Source of the DNA: Eledone cirrhosa | Lineage: Eukaryota | Assembly (NCBI GenBank): GCA_964016885.1 | Contig: OZ024741.1 | Span: 98,766,001-98,830,000 of the forward strand | DNA: 64,000 nt | Direction of reading: 5' to 3' | Part shown: positions 45,036-59,062 of the stretch, one piece after another | Layout of the letters: each line of letters starts with the position of its first letter | How positions within the stretch are numbered: the first letter of the stretch is position 1 | Made by a program: the position numbers and the translations under genes | Notes under the pieces: generated by a model | Databases searched by the model: none | Told to the model about the DNA's origin: nothing | Seen by the model: the letters and a program-made list of their open reading frames with translations, nothing else

Positions 45036-45933
45036 TATATATATATACATACATGTACAAATATCATTAATCTCACGTAGCCGTTTATCTTACTGTTGAT
45101 GTATTTCTAAAGTACAAATCTTATGATATCATTGAGGGAGTAAGTGACGTCCGGTGCTGTACGGATTCTCTTCGACTAGCTTTGTAAACCAACACATATA
45201 TATTTATATATTTACTACTACCACAAAATATTATAATATATATATATAAATATTTATATATATATATATATATACATATTTCTGTATTTTGTGGTAGTAG
45301 TAAAAATAAAAAGGCTCAATGAGCATATATATGTATATATATATATATATCAATGAGCATATATATATATATATATAGTAATAATAATAAATTTGAAGAC
45401 TAAAATCCAAATTATATATATATATTTAAATTATATATATATATATAATTTGAATTATATATATATATATGTTAGTTGAATTATATATATATATATACAT
45501 GTTTGTGTGTATATTGACACGCATACGCACACAACACATACACATATATATATAGTATGTCTATGATATTTATTCATGGCAGACATTGCCAGATATGATT
45601 GCATCTAGACAGATCTAGACAGTGTCATAACTGTCATGTTGGACACAAGCAATAATTGGAAGTTTCGCTTCAGTTGTTAGAACGGATTTTCTCAGATATT
45701 TTCTTACCTTTCTCATTATCAATTCCACTGTCTTCCAAGAGTAGCTTAACTCTAATGATGTGTCAGATCGATCTCAATATGGCTGATTTGTGAAAAAGAA
45801 AAATATTAATAATAATATTTTCTCATATTCGTGTGATTGCTTTTCTGTCATTTTTTGTTATTTTTTATTATTCTTTTATTTTTACTTTTCATTCTTCTTC
45901 TTCTTCTTCTTCTTCTTCTTCTTCTTCTTCTTC

Positions 45934-46145
45934 TTGGCAGAACCGGTAGCGCGTCAGACACCAAGGTTTGTAGCATAGAGTTATGGCCTTTTACGGTCTG
46001 GGTTCAAATCCCGCCAAGGTTAACTTTGCATTTCATCCTTACGGAGTCGATAAAATAAAGCAGTAGTAATGCACTGGGGTTGATCTAATTGAATCTTCCC
46101 CCCCCCCAATTTGCTGGCCTTGTGCCTATATAAGAAACCATTATT
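45934..46145 (+). mobile_element. tRNA-derived SINE
   Basis: TTGGCAGAACCGGTAGCGCGTCAGAC…GGTTCAAATCCCGCC…(ATT)n tail. Confidence 0.85.
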
Positions 46146-46157
46146 ATTATTATTATT

Positions 46158-46342
46158 AGGGCGGTGGATTGGTAGTATCTTTAGAGTGTAGAACAACATG
46201 CTTTATGGCATATAGTTACGTCCCTTTGCTGAGGATAACTTTGCCTTTAATCCCTATAGCAGCAATAAAAAAAATACCCGTAACGTATTGGAGTCGATTT
46301 AATTGACTATCCCCTCCCAAAAAATGATTGGCTTTGTGCCAT
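46158..46342 (+). mobile_element. tRNA-derived SINE, internally deleted
   Basis: AGGGCGGTGGATTGGTAGTATC…ACTTTGCCTTTAATCC…. Confidence 0.75.
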
Positions 46343-46414
46343 TACTATTTTCTTCTCTTTATTCAACATTTCGTTGTTGTTCTGTTGGCTTTTGCATTAT
46401 TAAATATCAAACTA

Positions 46415-46630
46415 GGGCGGTAGATTGGCAGTATCGGTAGAGCGTCGGACACCCTGCTTCGCAGTACAGAGTTACGGCCTTTTATGATCTGAGTTCAAAT
46501 CTCGCCGAAGTTAACTTTGCCTTTCAACCTTACGGGGTCGATAAAATAAAGTACCAGTTACGCACTGGGATCGATTTAATCGACTTCCCCCTCCCCAAAA
46601 ATTGTTGGCCTTGTGCCTATAAAAGAAATA
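46415..46630 (+). mobile_element. Full-length tRNA-derived Nin/Deu-domain SINE with 18-bp TSD
   Basis: A and B boxes intact. TSD ATTATTAAATATCAAACT at 46396-46413 and 46631-46648. Confidence 0.9.
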
Positions 46631-47329
46631 ATTATTAAATATCAAACTGAGTTATGCATCCATAGCACAGTTCGTATGCTTCTGTAGTGTCAGAAATGTT
46701 ACGTCTATAGCCAGTATCTTCAATCAAACATTCAAGCTTATAGCCACTGTCCCGTTATATTTGGGATAAAAACTTCCCTAGATATTATATTCTAGGTATT
46801 GGTGATTTTCTATATTCTCGCGTTCTTTGTCTCCCACTCCTGTATGAAATAGACAAGCAGCATTGAATAACCAACCCATTATTTCCGCTTAACTGAATCT
46901 AACAATATCTAGACGTGAATCTTGCGTTTGCTTATCCATTTGAATCTTCGAGTCCTATAATACATTTACATGGTTATTTTCAAAGATACGTTCTTCTTCG
47001 TATGTTCAAATTCAAACTTTTCACACAATGATTAATGTAAGATTGTGGCACCATTGTCATGTCTCCAGTTCTTATAATACTATTGGGCAATCATCATGGA
47101 TTTAGAGACCTCATGCACAAAGCACCACAATCTCTTCTCTTTAACCACACATCCCACATCTCCCAAGATAGGTGCCAAGCCCATCGCCAGTTCTAGCAGC
47201 GTTAGATTGAAACTACAATATATTTTTCGAACAGGCTCCTCTACCTAAGGTTTGGACGTGCCCCTTGTTATCCTGTGCGAAGGACAATCCGGCGATGTGG
47301 TTTGATAGCCTTTTTTTCTTCTTACGGAC

Positions 47330-47547
47330 TTGGGTCTCAGTAACGAATCGCTGGACAGATTTTACGGGCAAAACTAATTGGCATGAATCCCAGGGATAGA
47401 CTCTGAGCAAGATGGTTGAATAACATCCATGAGCTCGGCTGATCTCGCTTCGAGACCCTGCTGGAACAATTAGAGACGATTGCTACTAACCTGATCCACT
47501 GGAAGCGTTGCTTGAGGACTGTGCCCCCACGGCCCTCCCAGGAATAA
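47330..47547 (+). pseudogene. RTE (Expander/Rex3-like) LINE C-terminal remnant
   Basis: From 47389: PRDRL*ARWLNNIHELG*SRF…LETIATNLIHWKRCLRTVPPRPSQE*, resembling the RPRGRP..RW…LPPRP tail. Confidence 0.6.
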
Positions 47548-48062
47548 GTTGGCGAAGAATAAGACTTGGATAGCACATTTTTGTCGACAAGTTTACTACA
47601 GGCATTTTTCTAGTGTGTGTGTGGGGGGGGATGTATGTGGGTGTGAGAATATGTGTGAGTGTCCGCGTATGTGTTTTTTGTGTGTGTGTGTTTGTGTGTG
47701 TCTGTTTGTGTGTGTGTGCGTGCGTGTGACAGCTGTTCTATCACATGTAAGATGAGTAGTACTGTACTCGTGTGAGAATTGCACTTGTGCCTTTTCAAAT
47801 GGTTAGCATCTCCTTAGAACTGAAGTAGTTTCTGGTCCTCTGAAGGACGTCTAGACTATTAGACATATATTCCTGCCTTTGCTGTCTCATCTTCTACTAT
47901 ATGCACTTCAAATATGAGCCACCCTATTACCTCAATACCCCAGTATAATGACATATTCCGTCAGGCTCTAAACCACATATCCAACCATCGTATTATCTAC
48001 TTTATATCGATGAGGTAATTTCTTTGTAGTTCTGCTATCTTCTTTTTCCATACATTTCTCTT

Positions 48063-48118
<56 letters not shown>

Positions 48119-48280
48119 TCATACATGCATACATGCATACGCATATGCTTATAAACATGCATATATACATAACTATATACATAACGTACATTTATACACA
48201 CGCATGCATATGCAAGCGTGTACACACACAAACGCTCGCACTCACACGTACAGACACACACACACACACACACACATATT

Positions 48281-48375
<95 letters not shown>

Positions 48376-48498
48376 GAGTGACTGCGTCTGTGTGTATTTG
48401 TGTAGTTGTGGGTGTGCGTATATATATATGTGTGTGTTGTGTGTGTGTGCCTGTGTCACTGCGTCTGTGTGTATTTGTGTGAGTGTGGGTGTGCGTAC

Positions 48499-48575
<77 letters not shown>

Positions 48576-49119
48576 TGTGTGTGTGTGTAACAACGCAAGT
48601 ACACATGCCCATTCTAATTAAGCACGACACTTCTCCTCAGCCCCCCTCAAAGATTTTCCCTGCAATAATAGCCATTGTCTAGTCAATACATTTAGTGGAC
48701 ACAAAATGTCCAGTCTGAACCATGTACTGGTCAATAGTGGCCATTATCGCTAGATACCGTGCCGTTAGTTTATGCCGTTCCGCCACAGATGTTCGCACGG
48801 ACGCACAGAACGACCAAAACTAGAAACTTCATTTATCGTCTCTCATCTCGTCTCAAGTCATCACATCTTATTGTTTCTCCCCCCCCCCAAACTCTCTCTC
48901 TCTCTCTCTCGTACTTCCTAATTCTCCCCCCCCCCCCCTTCCTTTAATTTTCTCCTCTCTCACTCCCTCTTTAAAACTAGTTAGCGAGTTCCCATGTGTA
49001 TGCACGCGAATCTGTCGTGAGTGGAGGTGAAGTAACTATCTGTATATTTATATATATATATATATATATGTGTGTGTATCATCTTTCTATCCATCTATAT
49101 CTCTCAATCTATTTATCTA

Positions 49120-49166
<47 letters not shown>

Positions 49167-49198
49167 AGATCAAAAGATGGTTAAAGGAGTTCCATGTA

Positions 49199-49265
49199 TT
49201 TTATTATGCGCATTTCAAAAACAAACATCATCATGCAATAATATTTGTGTTTTCATCAGATAAAA
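49199..49265 (-). ncRNA. Type I hammerhead (family I, left arm)
   Basis: Reverse complement of 51560-51626. Confidence 0.85.
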
Positions 49266-50299
49266 CAGGAGAACATCATATGAAGGCTAAAAAACACTTG
49301 TGGATAGTGCAGTTTTAAATCTACATATGAAAAGTGGATTTAGATTGATGTGTGATATTGGGAAAAATATTTTATTTAGAGAGGGGGGGGTGGAAAGGAT
49401 GAAAAAGGGGGAGGAGATGAGAGGGAGAGATGGGTGATAGAGAGAAAGAGATAGCTTTTATAACTGAGAGGAGATATACTGTCCCACACAGAGATGTTGA
49501 AAACCGTTGGAAGATAATGTATAAACCCCAAAACATTTTTGAATGAAAATCAACGAAAGGAGGATATGTGCGAGGAAAAAGTATTTTATTTAAGGAGGGG
49601 GGCTGGAAAGGATGAAAAAAAGGGGGAGGAGATGAGAGTGAAGGTGGAGAGGGAGAGATGGGCGATAGAGAGAAAGAGATAGTTTTTATAACTGAGAGAA
49701 AGATACATTGCCTTACACAGAGAGGTTGAGAAACCGTTGGAAGATAATGTATAAATTAAAGGAATTTGAAAATTAACGAAGGGAATTTATGTATGAAGAT
49801 AGAGAGAAGAAATAATAATTGTGGATGAATATTCTAACGTCAAAAAAAGGGTATGTTGTGGCAATTTCAAAATTAACGAAGAGAAAAATTATTAAGGTTT
49901 GTGTGTAGAAGGATTTGAGAAAAATAATGTGAAGTTAAAGTTTGTATATTGGAGGAATTGATAATATATGCGAATAGAGTTAATATGTATTAAGAATGAG
50001 TTCGTTGATGGGGAGAAAAAAAATAAATTAAGGATGAAATTGAGATTAAAAAGATTTATGAGAGAGAGAAAAAAATAATGATTGCGGATAAATATTCTAA
50101 CGTCAAAAAAAAAACAAAAAAACAGATGTATATGTTATGAATGATTTTACAAGGTGACGATAGAGTGAGGGTAATGAGTAAACAAGTATTATAGAGTATT
50201 ATTAAAGTATGGTAGGAAGATGGGTATATTTTAAAGAGGTGTATGTATATGTGCCTTTGAGAAAAGATTCTAAATTGATAAAGAATTGAATATTAACTG

Positions 50300-50730
50300 T
50301 ATACTTTGTGAAAAGTTCTATGGAATTTATGCAGGCAGATGGAAAACAAATCTGTGCGTCTATTTATTATAGAATCTAGGTTAGAGATAATGGTAAATTT
50401 TTCATTTAGGCAGAGATTACAGATTTTAGATAGAGAGCTGTTCAAGTATGAGGATGCAGAAGAAATCTTCTTCCAAAAGATGGTATATTTAATGTTTTTG
50501 TCTTTTAAGGACCATATGAGTTCTGAGAGAGCAGTGTTAGTTCTTTTAAGTTTGTATTTGAAAGATGAATGATGATTATAGAGACGAGCTTTAAAAGAGG
50601 TGGAAGTGGAGCCAAAATAGGTGAAGGAATTGGTGCTAGTTATAATTTTACATTCATAAATTAAGTTTTTTATCGAGACAATGGTTGTTGAGAGGACATT
50701 TATTTTTAATGCGGCAGTTGCAATTAGAGA
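50300..50730 (-). pseudogene. GIY-YIG endonuclease (frameshifted)
   Basis: CNCRIKNKCPLNNHCLDK /fs/ NLIYECKI…TYFGSTSTSFKARLYNHHSSFKY…TALSELIWSLK…ICNLCLNEKFTII. Confidence 0.9.
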
Positions 50731-51559
50731 GATTATTAATGAGTGATCTAGTGTTATCTATAGAAGGAATTGGATTGGAGAAGTTGTTTGCGATAGGAAT
50801 AATAGGAATAATAGTTTCTTGATTTAGAGTTGGATTATGAACATTTAGCGAAGTTGTGTTTGACGTTGTATTTGGGTTTACAGAAGTTAGCCTAGGGTTT
50901 ACAATGACGTCGGGAGTACTATACACACAAACCTTAATAATTTTTCTCTTCGTTAATTTTGAAATTGCCACAACATACCCTTTTTTTGACGTTAGAATAT
51001 TCATCCACAATTATTATTTCTTCTCTCTATCTTCATACATAAATTCCCTTCGTTAATTTTCAAATTCCTTTAATTTATACATTATCTTCCAACGGTTTCT
51101 CAACCTCTCTGTGTAAGGCAATGTATCTTTCTCTCAGTTATAAAAACTATCTCTTTCTCTCTATCGCCCATCTCTCCCTCTCCACCTTCACTCTCATCTC
51201 CTACCCCTTTTTTTTATCCTTTCCAGCCCCCCTCCTTAAATAAAATACTTTTTCCTCGCACATATCCTCCTATCGTTGATTTTCAAAAATTTGTTGGGGT
51301 TTATACATTATCTTCCAACGGTTTTCAACCTCTCTGTGTGGGACAGTATATCTCCTCTCAGTTATAAAAGCTATCTCTTTCTCTCTATCACCCATCTCTC
51401 CCTCTCATCTCCTCCCCCTTTTTCATCCATTCCCCTCCCCCCTCTCTAAATAAAATATTTTTCCCAATATCACACATCAATCTAAAACCACTTTTCATAT
51501 GTAGATTTAAAACTGCACTATCCACAAGTGTTTTTTAGCCTTCATATCATGTTCTCCTG

Positions 51560-51626
51560 TTTTATCTGATGAAAACACAAATATTATTGCATGATGATGT
51601 TTGTTTTTGAAATGCGCATAATAAAA
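51560..51626 (+). ncRNA. Type I hammerhead (family I, right arm)
   Basis: TTTTAT-CTGATGA-long stem II (ACAAATATTATT gcat GATGATGTTTGT)-GAA-ATGCGCAT-A-ATAAAA, with palindromic stem III. Confidence 0.85.
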
Positions 51627-51752
51627 TACATGGAACTCCTTTAACCATCTTTTGATCTTATATTATGCATACTCCAGTCCTACAAACTGTAGAGTGCTTC
51701 TTATCCGATATCTGCATTGCTTTATTGTACTACAATAAAACTCACCTCCTAC

Positions 51753-51897
<145 letters not shown>

Positions 51898-51959
51898 ATA
51901 TATATATATATATATAAATATATATATATATACATACATATATATATATATACAAGTGG

Positions 51960-52013
51960 TTACACAACAGTTAGTTCACCATGCCGAGATATGGTGAACT
52001 AACTGTTGTGTAA
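51960..52013. repeat. Perfect 23-bp inverted repeat in a ~135-bp insert in (TA)n
   Basis: TTACACAACAGTTAGTTCACCAT gccgagat ATGGTGAACTAACTGTTGTGTAA. Confidence 0.9.
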
Positions 52014-52083
52014 ACAATTCTACCTAACTGGTCCCATGGACTGAGTGCTCTACCACTACGGATATTACATTCCAGTGTTCTAC

Positions 52084-52157
<74 letters not shown>

Positions 52158-52246
52158 GAATAAACAAGAGAGATGAACACTAATATAAACATACATGTGT
52201 TCGAATCGTAAGGACTAAGTTTGCTAGGGTGAAAACTCACTATATG

Positions 52247-52281
<35 letters not shown>

Positions 52282-52335
52282 TTAAATATATATATATAAT
52301 AATATATAAATATAAATATATAGATATAGATATAG

Positions 52336-52399
<64 letters not shown>

Positions 52400-52823
52400 A
52401 TGTGTGTATTTATATATATATATATATATATACATATGTATGTGTATATATATATATATACATGTGTGTGCTTGTGTCTGTCTGTCTGTCTACAAAATAT
52501 GTTTTTGTACATCTATCTAGTCTATTTACCTATCACTATGTGTGAATGTGTGTGTGTGTCTGTGTGTGTGAGTGAGAGGTTTGTGTGCTTCAATCACTCT
52601 CTAGCCTCATACATTAAATGTTCTCGCCATTGATATACTCTCTCCAACACACATTCGCACAACTAAACACACACACAGAAACACACACAGAAACAGACAC
52701 GGTCTCTATATCACCATCACATAGAAAAGACGATGCTCCAGCTTAACCTTAGCCATGATGACTAAGACAAAAAAGAAACCAAGAAACATACACACGTACA
52801 TCCTTACTACCTCTTGTTTACAT

Positions 52824-52901
<78 letters not shown>

Positions 52902-54031
52902 GCATATGCAAAACACTCCCTCATAGATAGACATACCCAAATTCTCTCTCATACTTACTCACACACTATCTCTCTTATATGTACCCCCACCCTCACACAC
53001 ACATACACACATATACACATACACACACTTTCATCACGTCCCATAAAATATATCAATATTCTGAGTTGTTTTAATGGAATCTCTGTTCGGTGCCTTAGGC
53101 AATTTGAACAGCGTCCACTCGGCTGACCAATGGTCTGAGGAGAATTCAATTGTGATTGAGGGGTTAGGCATGAATGGTTTACTCTGTAGTAAAAAGAAAG
53201 GGAAGAGAAATATAGAAAACGAATCAGAAAGATGTGGGGTGTGTTTGAACTATACATTCAGAAAATACGCTTTCATACACATATCCACGCGAGCGTACTT
53301 ACAGTAAATATGAAATTTCTCGGGTAGTTTACCGTAAGTTTTTTAATAGAAAATTCAAATGCCACGCTTTCTTTCAAGTCTTTGTTAACAACCAAAATAT
53401 ATATTGGAGAAAATTTCGGAAATTGTATTTTATTAAATTGTTGATGAATGAACAATATATATATTTATTTTATATATACGCCTTTATGCTAGAAAGAATT
53501 TTATGTTTGGATTATATATATAAGGAATTAGCATTTTATTCCTCTGTACTGAATTGCCCAAAATCTTGATAATTATTTACCAACCGCATGTCCGAACATT
53601 TCCAAATTGGAAAATGTAAACATCCTCAATATAACCAGGTTAACGTTAAATGTTATTAATAATAAATATACAATGTAGTGGTTAGTTAGTCTCTTAAATT
53701 TAATATACGTATATAGCATAAATAAGCATTATAGGAATAAAATTAGAGCTTATGAATTTAATAATACTTATTAATTAAAGTTACGACCCATTTTAATACT
53801 AACAATATTAAGAAAAACAATATAAAAACTGTGGAAGCTTAATTTAGTAACAATGTATCAAACAGTAGGATGATTTCTGATTATGAAGAATTATTGGCCT
53901 AAAAACAGTATTTATACAGGTGATATGAGTATATATGAAGCAAAACACATTCAGGTAGATATACATATACATTCACACAGATCACATATACACACTTATA
54001 TCTTCATAAATATATATATATATATAATATA

Positions 54032-54169
<138 letters not shown>

Positions 54170-54170
54170 A

Positions 54171-54865
54171 CTAGAGAGAGATATACAGTGCGCTATCAAT
54201 AAAACAGGGAAAAACCACCAGTGTATGGAATCTATAACCTATGAAAGGCAGACTATAGACACGATAATTAAAAATATAAATTAAAGCGTAAATAAATACC
54301 TCTATAACTTTATAACACACGTACAATTCCAAAGAGATCTGTTTCGCCAGTAAGTTGTTGACAGAAATGGAATACCTCAGTTCCTCAGCGTGTGTAAGGC
54401 TATACATTTCAGACAACACTAAGAGAATTTTAAAAGTGACTGTCCAGCTACACGTGGGAGAGCGAAGTCACAGCGTGTTTAATGGCAGTCACTTTTAAAA
54501 TTCTCTTAGTGTTGTCTGAAATGTATAGCCTTACACACGCTGAGGAATCGAGGTTATTCCATTTCTGTCAACAACTTACTGGCGAAACATATCTCTTTGG
54601 AATTGTACGTGTGTTATATAGTTATAGAGGTATTTATTTACGCTTTAATTTATATTTTTAATTATCGTGTCTATAGTCTGCCTTTCATAGGTTATAGATT
54701 CCATACACTGGTGGTTTTTTCCCTGTTTTATTGATAGCGCACTGTATATCTCTCTCTAGTGTGTTACCTTTTCAACATAATGTATTTTAAAGAGCTCAGT
54801 ATTTCTTCTCCTTTGAGCACATTATTTACAGGGAATGGCGAGAGTCCATGGCTCCGTTAATTTAT

Positions 54866-54870
<5 letters not shown>
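54171..54870. mobile_element. Fold-back with ~270-bp arms
   Basis: 54171-54443 is inverted at ~54486-54759. Degenerate CTGAGGA…CGAAAC. (TA)n flanks. Confidence 0.8.
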
Positions 54871-54955
<85 letters not shown>

Positions 54956-55100
54956 GTGTACATAACCACCCATATACTTACAGAGTATACATATTTTCAT
55001 TCCTAAAAGACTGCAGATGCAATTAAACTCTACAATGCAAACGACACAGCACCGTGAAGAATTATAATATTAGTTTAATGCTTGAAATAATCGGAATGTG

Positions 55101-55136
55101 TCTTAACGTTTCGAAAACTAGACCTTCATCAGAAGA
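55101..55136 (-). ncRNA. Minimal type I hammerhead with decayed stem II
   Basis: TCTT-CTGATGA-AGGTCTAGTTTTC-GAA-ACGT-T-AAGA. Confidence 0.6.
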
Positions 55137-55282
55137 TAGAATAAGAAATATAAGATAAAATAGTCAGATAGAGAGTTAGAAGGGGCAGAAACAAAAGAAA
55201 TTGAGAAAAACAAACACACGTATGCATTCATTCATATAGGTGCGTGTAAATGTGTATGTGCGTGCCTGTGTCTTCGTTTACT

Positions 55283-56588
<1,306 letters not shown>

Positions 56589-56629
56589 TCCTTTCTTCTT
56601 TTTAATATATACATATATATATATATATA

Positions 56630-56826
56630 ACAAAGCGTATGTGGTAAGATACCAGGTGGACCACAACGCACCAGAGTACTCAATACTTAGGGTAGTAGAG
56701 TGGGTAATAGGAAAGGAGTCAGGACCACAACGGCTGAGCTCCGGGCGTTTCGACAGCTAGATCCGAACTGTTCGGATCTAGCTGGCGAAACGGCCGATGC
56801 TCAGCCGTCGGGGTACTGACTCTGTT

Positions 56827-56830
<4 letters not shown>
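56630..56830. mobile_element. Short diverged fold-back with HHR 3' half
   Basis: Palindrome centred near 56769 (CAGCTAGATCCGAAC-T-GTTCGGATCTAGCTG), CGAAACG in each arm, (TA)n flanks. Confidence 0.65.
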
Positions 56831-56877
<47 letters not shown>

Positions 56878-57064
56878 AGTGGAAGGTTAGTAAAATCGAA
56901 GCTTTGGCTGTGGCCAAGCAAAATCGACCGACAATAAGTAATGAGCAGCAAAGCACTCAATAAGGATAGGTCCTTAGAGTTATGTAAAAATAACTTGAAA
57001 AATTGAAAATTGCAGTAGGCAAAACCCAACCATACAGTACCAAAAACAACGAAAGAACTAATCA

Positions 57065-57123
<59 letters not shown>

Positions 57124-57850
57124 TTATTAAAATAACAGATTAAAGTTTAAGCAAAGAATCGCTGCTTTCACCCTTAACGGGATCTTCTGAAACTAACAAA
57201 GTCAATCTGTAAACGCAGAAGTGGATATTTCAAAAAACGTTGTAACCGGAGGAAGACAGGAAGACGATACTTTGGTTCGTGGAAACGTTCCCTGGCAAAG
57301 AACGGGAAAAAACGAGGTGAAAAACAATGCGCAAAGACAGAACCACGTTTATGGTATAAAAGAGGTCGTAGACTAATGTTCTCTTAAGTGGTTCATAGAG
57401 ACGTTCTCTGCAATGGACGAAAAAACCGAAGATAATACGTCATATGTGGAGCGTGGAGAACAATTGCACGCAAGACAAAACCACGTAAATGGTATATCAG
57501 AAGTCGTAAACGTGGTTATGTCTTTGCGCGTAATTGCTTTTCACCGCTCCTATTAATGTCGTATTATATTCGTTTTCCCCGTTCTTTGCCAGGGAACGTT
57601 TCCACGAACCAAAGTATCGTCTTCCTGTCTTCCTCCGGTTGCAACGTTTTTTGAAATATCCACTTCTGCGTTTACAGATTGACTTTGTTAGTTTCAGAAG
57701 ATCCCGTTAAGGGTGAAAGCAGCGATTCTTTGCTTAAACTTTAATCTGTTATTTTAATAAATATTTGCTCTACGGTTCTTATATATTTGATATATATTTA
57801 TCCTTATCGAGCCCTCTTTGGATTTTAGTCTTCAAATTTATTATTATTAC
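57124..57850. mobile_element. Family A fold-back
   Basis: Family A terminal repeat 57124-~57510 followed by its reverse complement to 57850. Two HHR copies. Confidence 0.88.
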
Positions 57851-57864
57851 TATATATATATATG

Positions 57865-58114
57865 TTCGACATCTCTAGCTAGGCTCATTAAAAACCTTAA
57901 ATTAACCAACATTGAACATTCACTAACATGGGATATCTTAGCTAGGGCCCAACCGTTCAATGGACGAAGAAACTCTTGTAACCTGTCTCTTACCGAAGCA
58001 TATTATATAACACTATCACGACCTCTACCGATTAAAGATAGATCGGATGTAACTATTAGTTGTCAACATCGAAGGGCTAATTCCTTCGCCAACAGAATAT
58101 TTGACCCAACATAG
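57865..58114 (+). pseudogene. GIY-YIG EN C-terminal fragment (family J)
   Basis: STSLARLIKNLK…LTWDILARAQPFNGRRNSCNLSLTEAYYI…ISCQHRRANSF, paralogous to the family A EN tail. Confidence 0.8.
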
Positions 58115-58487
58115 TCATCTAGTTCCATTTTTACTTATAACTAATAAGTTAAATAGTTATAGCTAACTTAGATAATTATAAGTTACCTGCCTCACATTGT
58201 CTCTCAATTAAAAAATTAGCACATCCTAACCATAAACTACGCACAATTTCTAATTTCTCGAGGAGTTACTTCCCCTGATACCACCCTCTAATTAGTAAGG
58301 TAAATATGTCCATTGGCGGCCATCTTGTTACCCATAGGCAGATCTCACACAATGCAGCCTCGACAGAAGAATACTGCTCGACTAGGGCAGACAATAGATA
58401 TACCATGACACCATGGTGAAATACCAATATATGGAACATTACATTCATCTAACATTCTTCTTTATTTTAATTTATATTCCTTTTGAA

Positions 58488-58606
58488 GTTCCGATGAGCT
58501 GCTCTAATTGTACATAAGTTAATTATCTTCAAATGAACCAAATCAATAATGATCTATAATAATTTGATCCAGAAACATTATATGGAGTAGCGAAACAATT
58601 GTAAAC
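58488..58606 (+). ncRNA. Type I hammerhead with CCGATGA core and ~75-nt stem II loop (family J)
   Basis: GTT-CCGATGA-GCTGCTCTA-[long loop]-TGGAGTAGC-GAA-ACAATTGT-A-AAC. Confidence 0.65.
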
Positions 58607-58732
58607 GGACATTATTAATATTATTATTATTATTATTATTCTCTACATTCCTTTCATTAAACTAAAACTATGTTGACAATCTTTTAATAATGTCTTCCTT
58701 GTGAAATTTGTGGTCTTGTTTTGCTTAACTAA

Positions 58733-58779
<47 letters not shown>

Positions 58780-58781
<2 letters not shown>

Positions 58782-59062
58782 TTTCTGAATTTGTTTAGCA
58801 AGATTCTTTATCTGAAAACGTGTGTTGAAACAGATATTGTTATGCTTTGGGAGGGTCATGTTGCCAATAAGAAACACACGCACCAGTTGCTTTCACTTCA
58901 ATTTATTATAAATTAAATTTATAAATTTCCGGTTGGTTGGTTGGTTCCACAACCAGACGATTGTTCATATATTGTCAAAGTTCTTTCGTCACATATTCTG
59001 TGACCTCTTCAGTGACAGCGTGCGTCTTATTGGCAACATGACCCTCCCAAAGCATTACAATA
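58780..59062. mobile_element. Family B fold-back with HHR 58973-59017 (-)
   Basis: Reverse complement of 24440-24700 followed by a short inverted terminus at 59018-59062. Confidence 0.85.

Larger units (their letters stand above)
49160..51750. mobile_element. PLE family I: ~745-bp inverted arms around a GIY-YIG fragment
   Basis: 49160-~49906 is the reverse complement of ~50922-51666. HHR in each arm. (TA)n flanks. Confidence 0.9.

Noticed and set aside
46415-46510. tRNA gene
   Set aside because: A and B boxes belong to a multicopy SINE with TSD and tail. No cloverleaf is evident.
48789-48851. Minus-strand MKFLVLVVLCVRANICGGTA* signal-peptide-like ORF
   Set aside because: Only 20 codons and no convincing splice donor to extend it.
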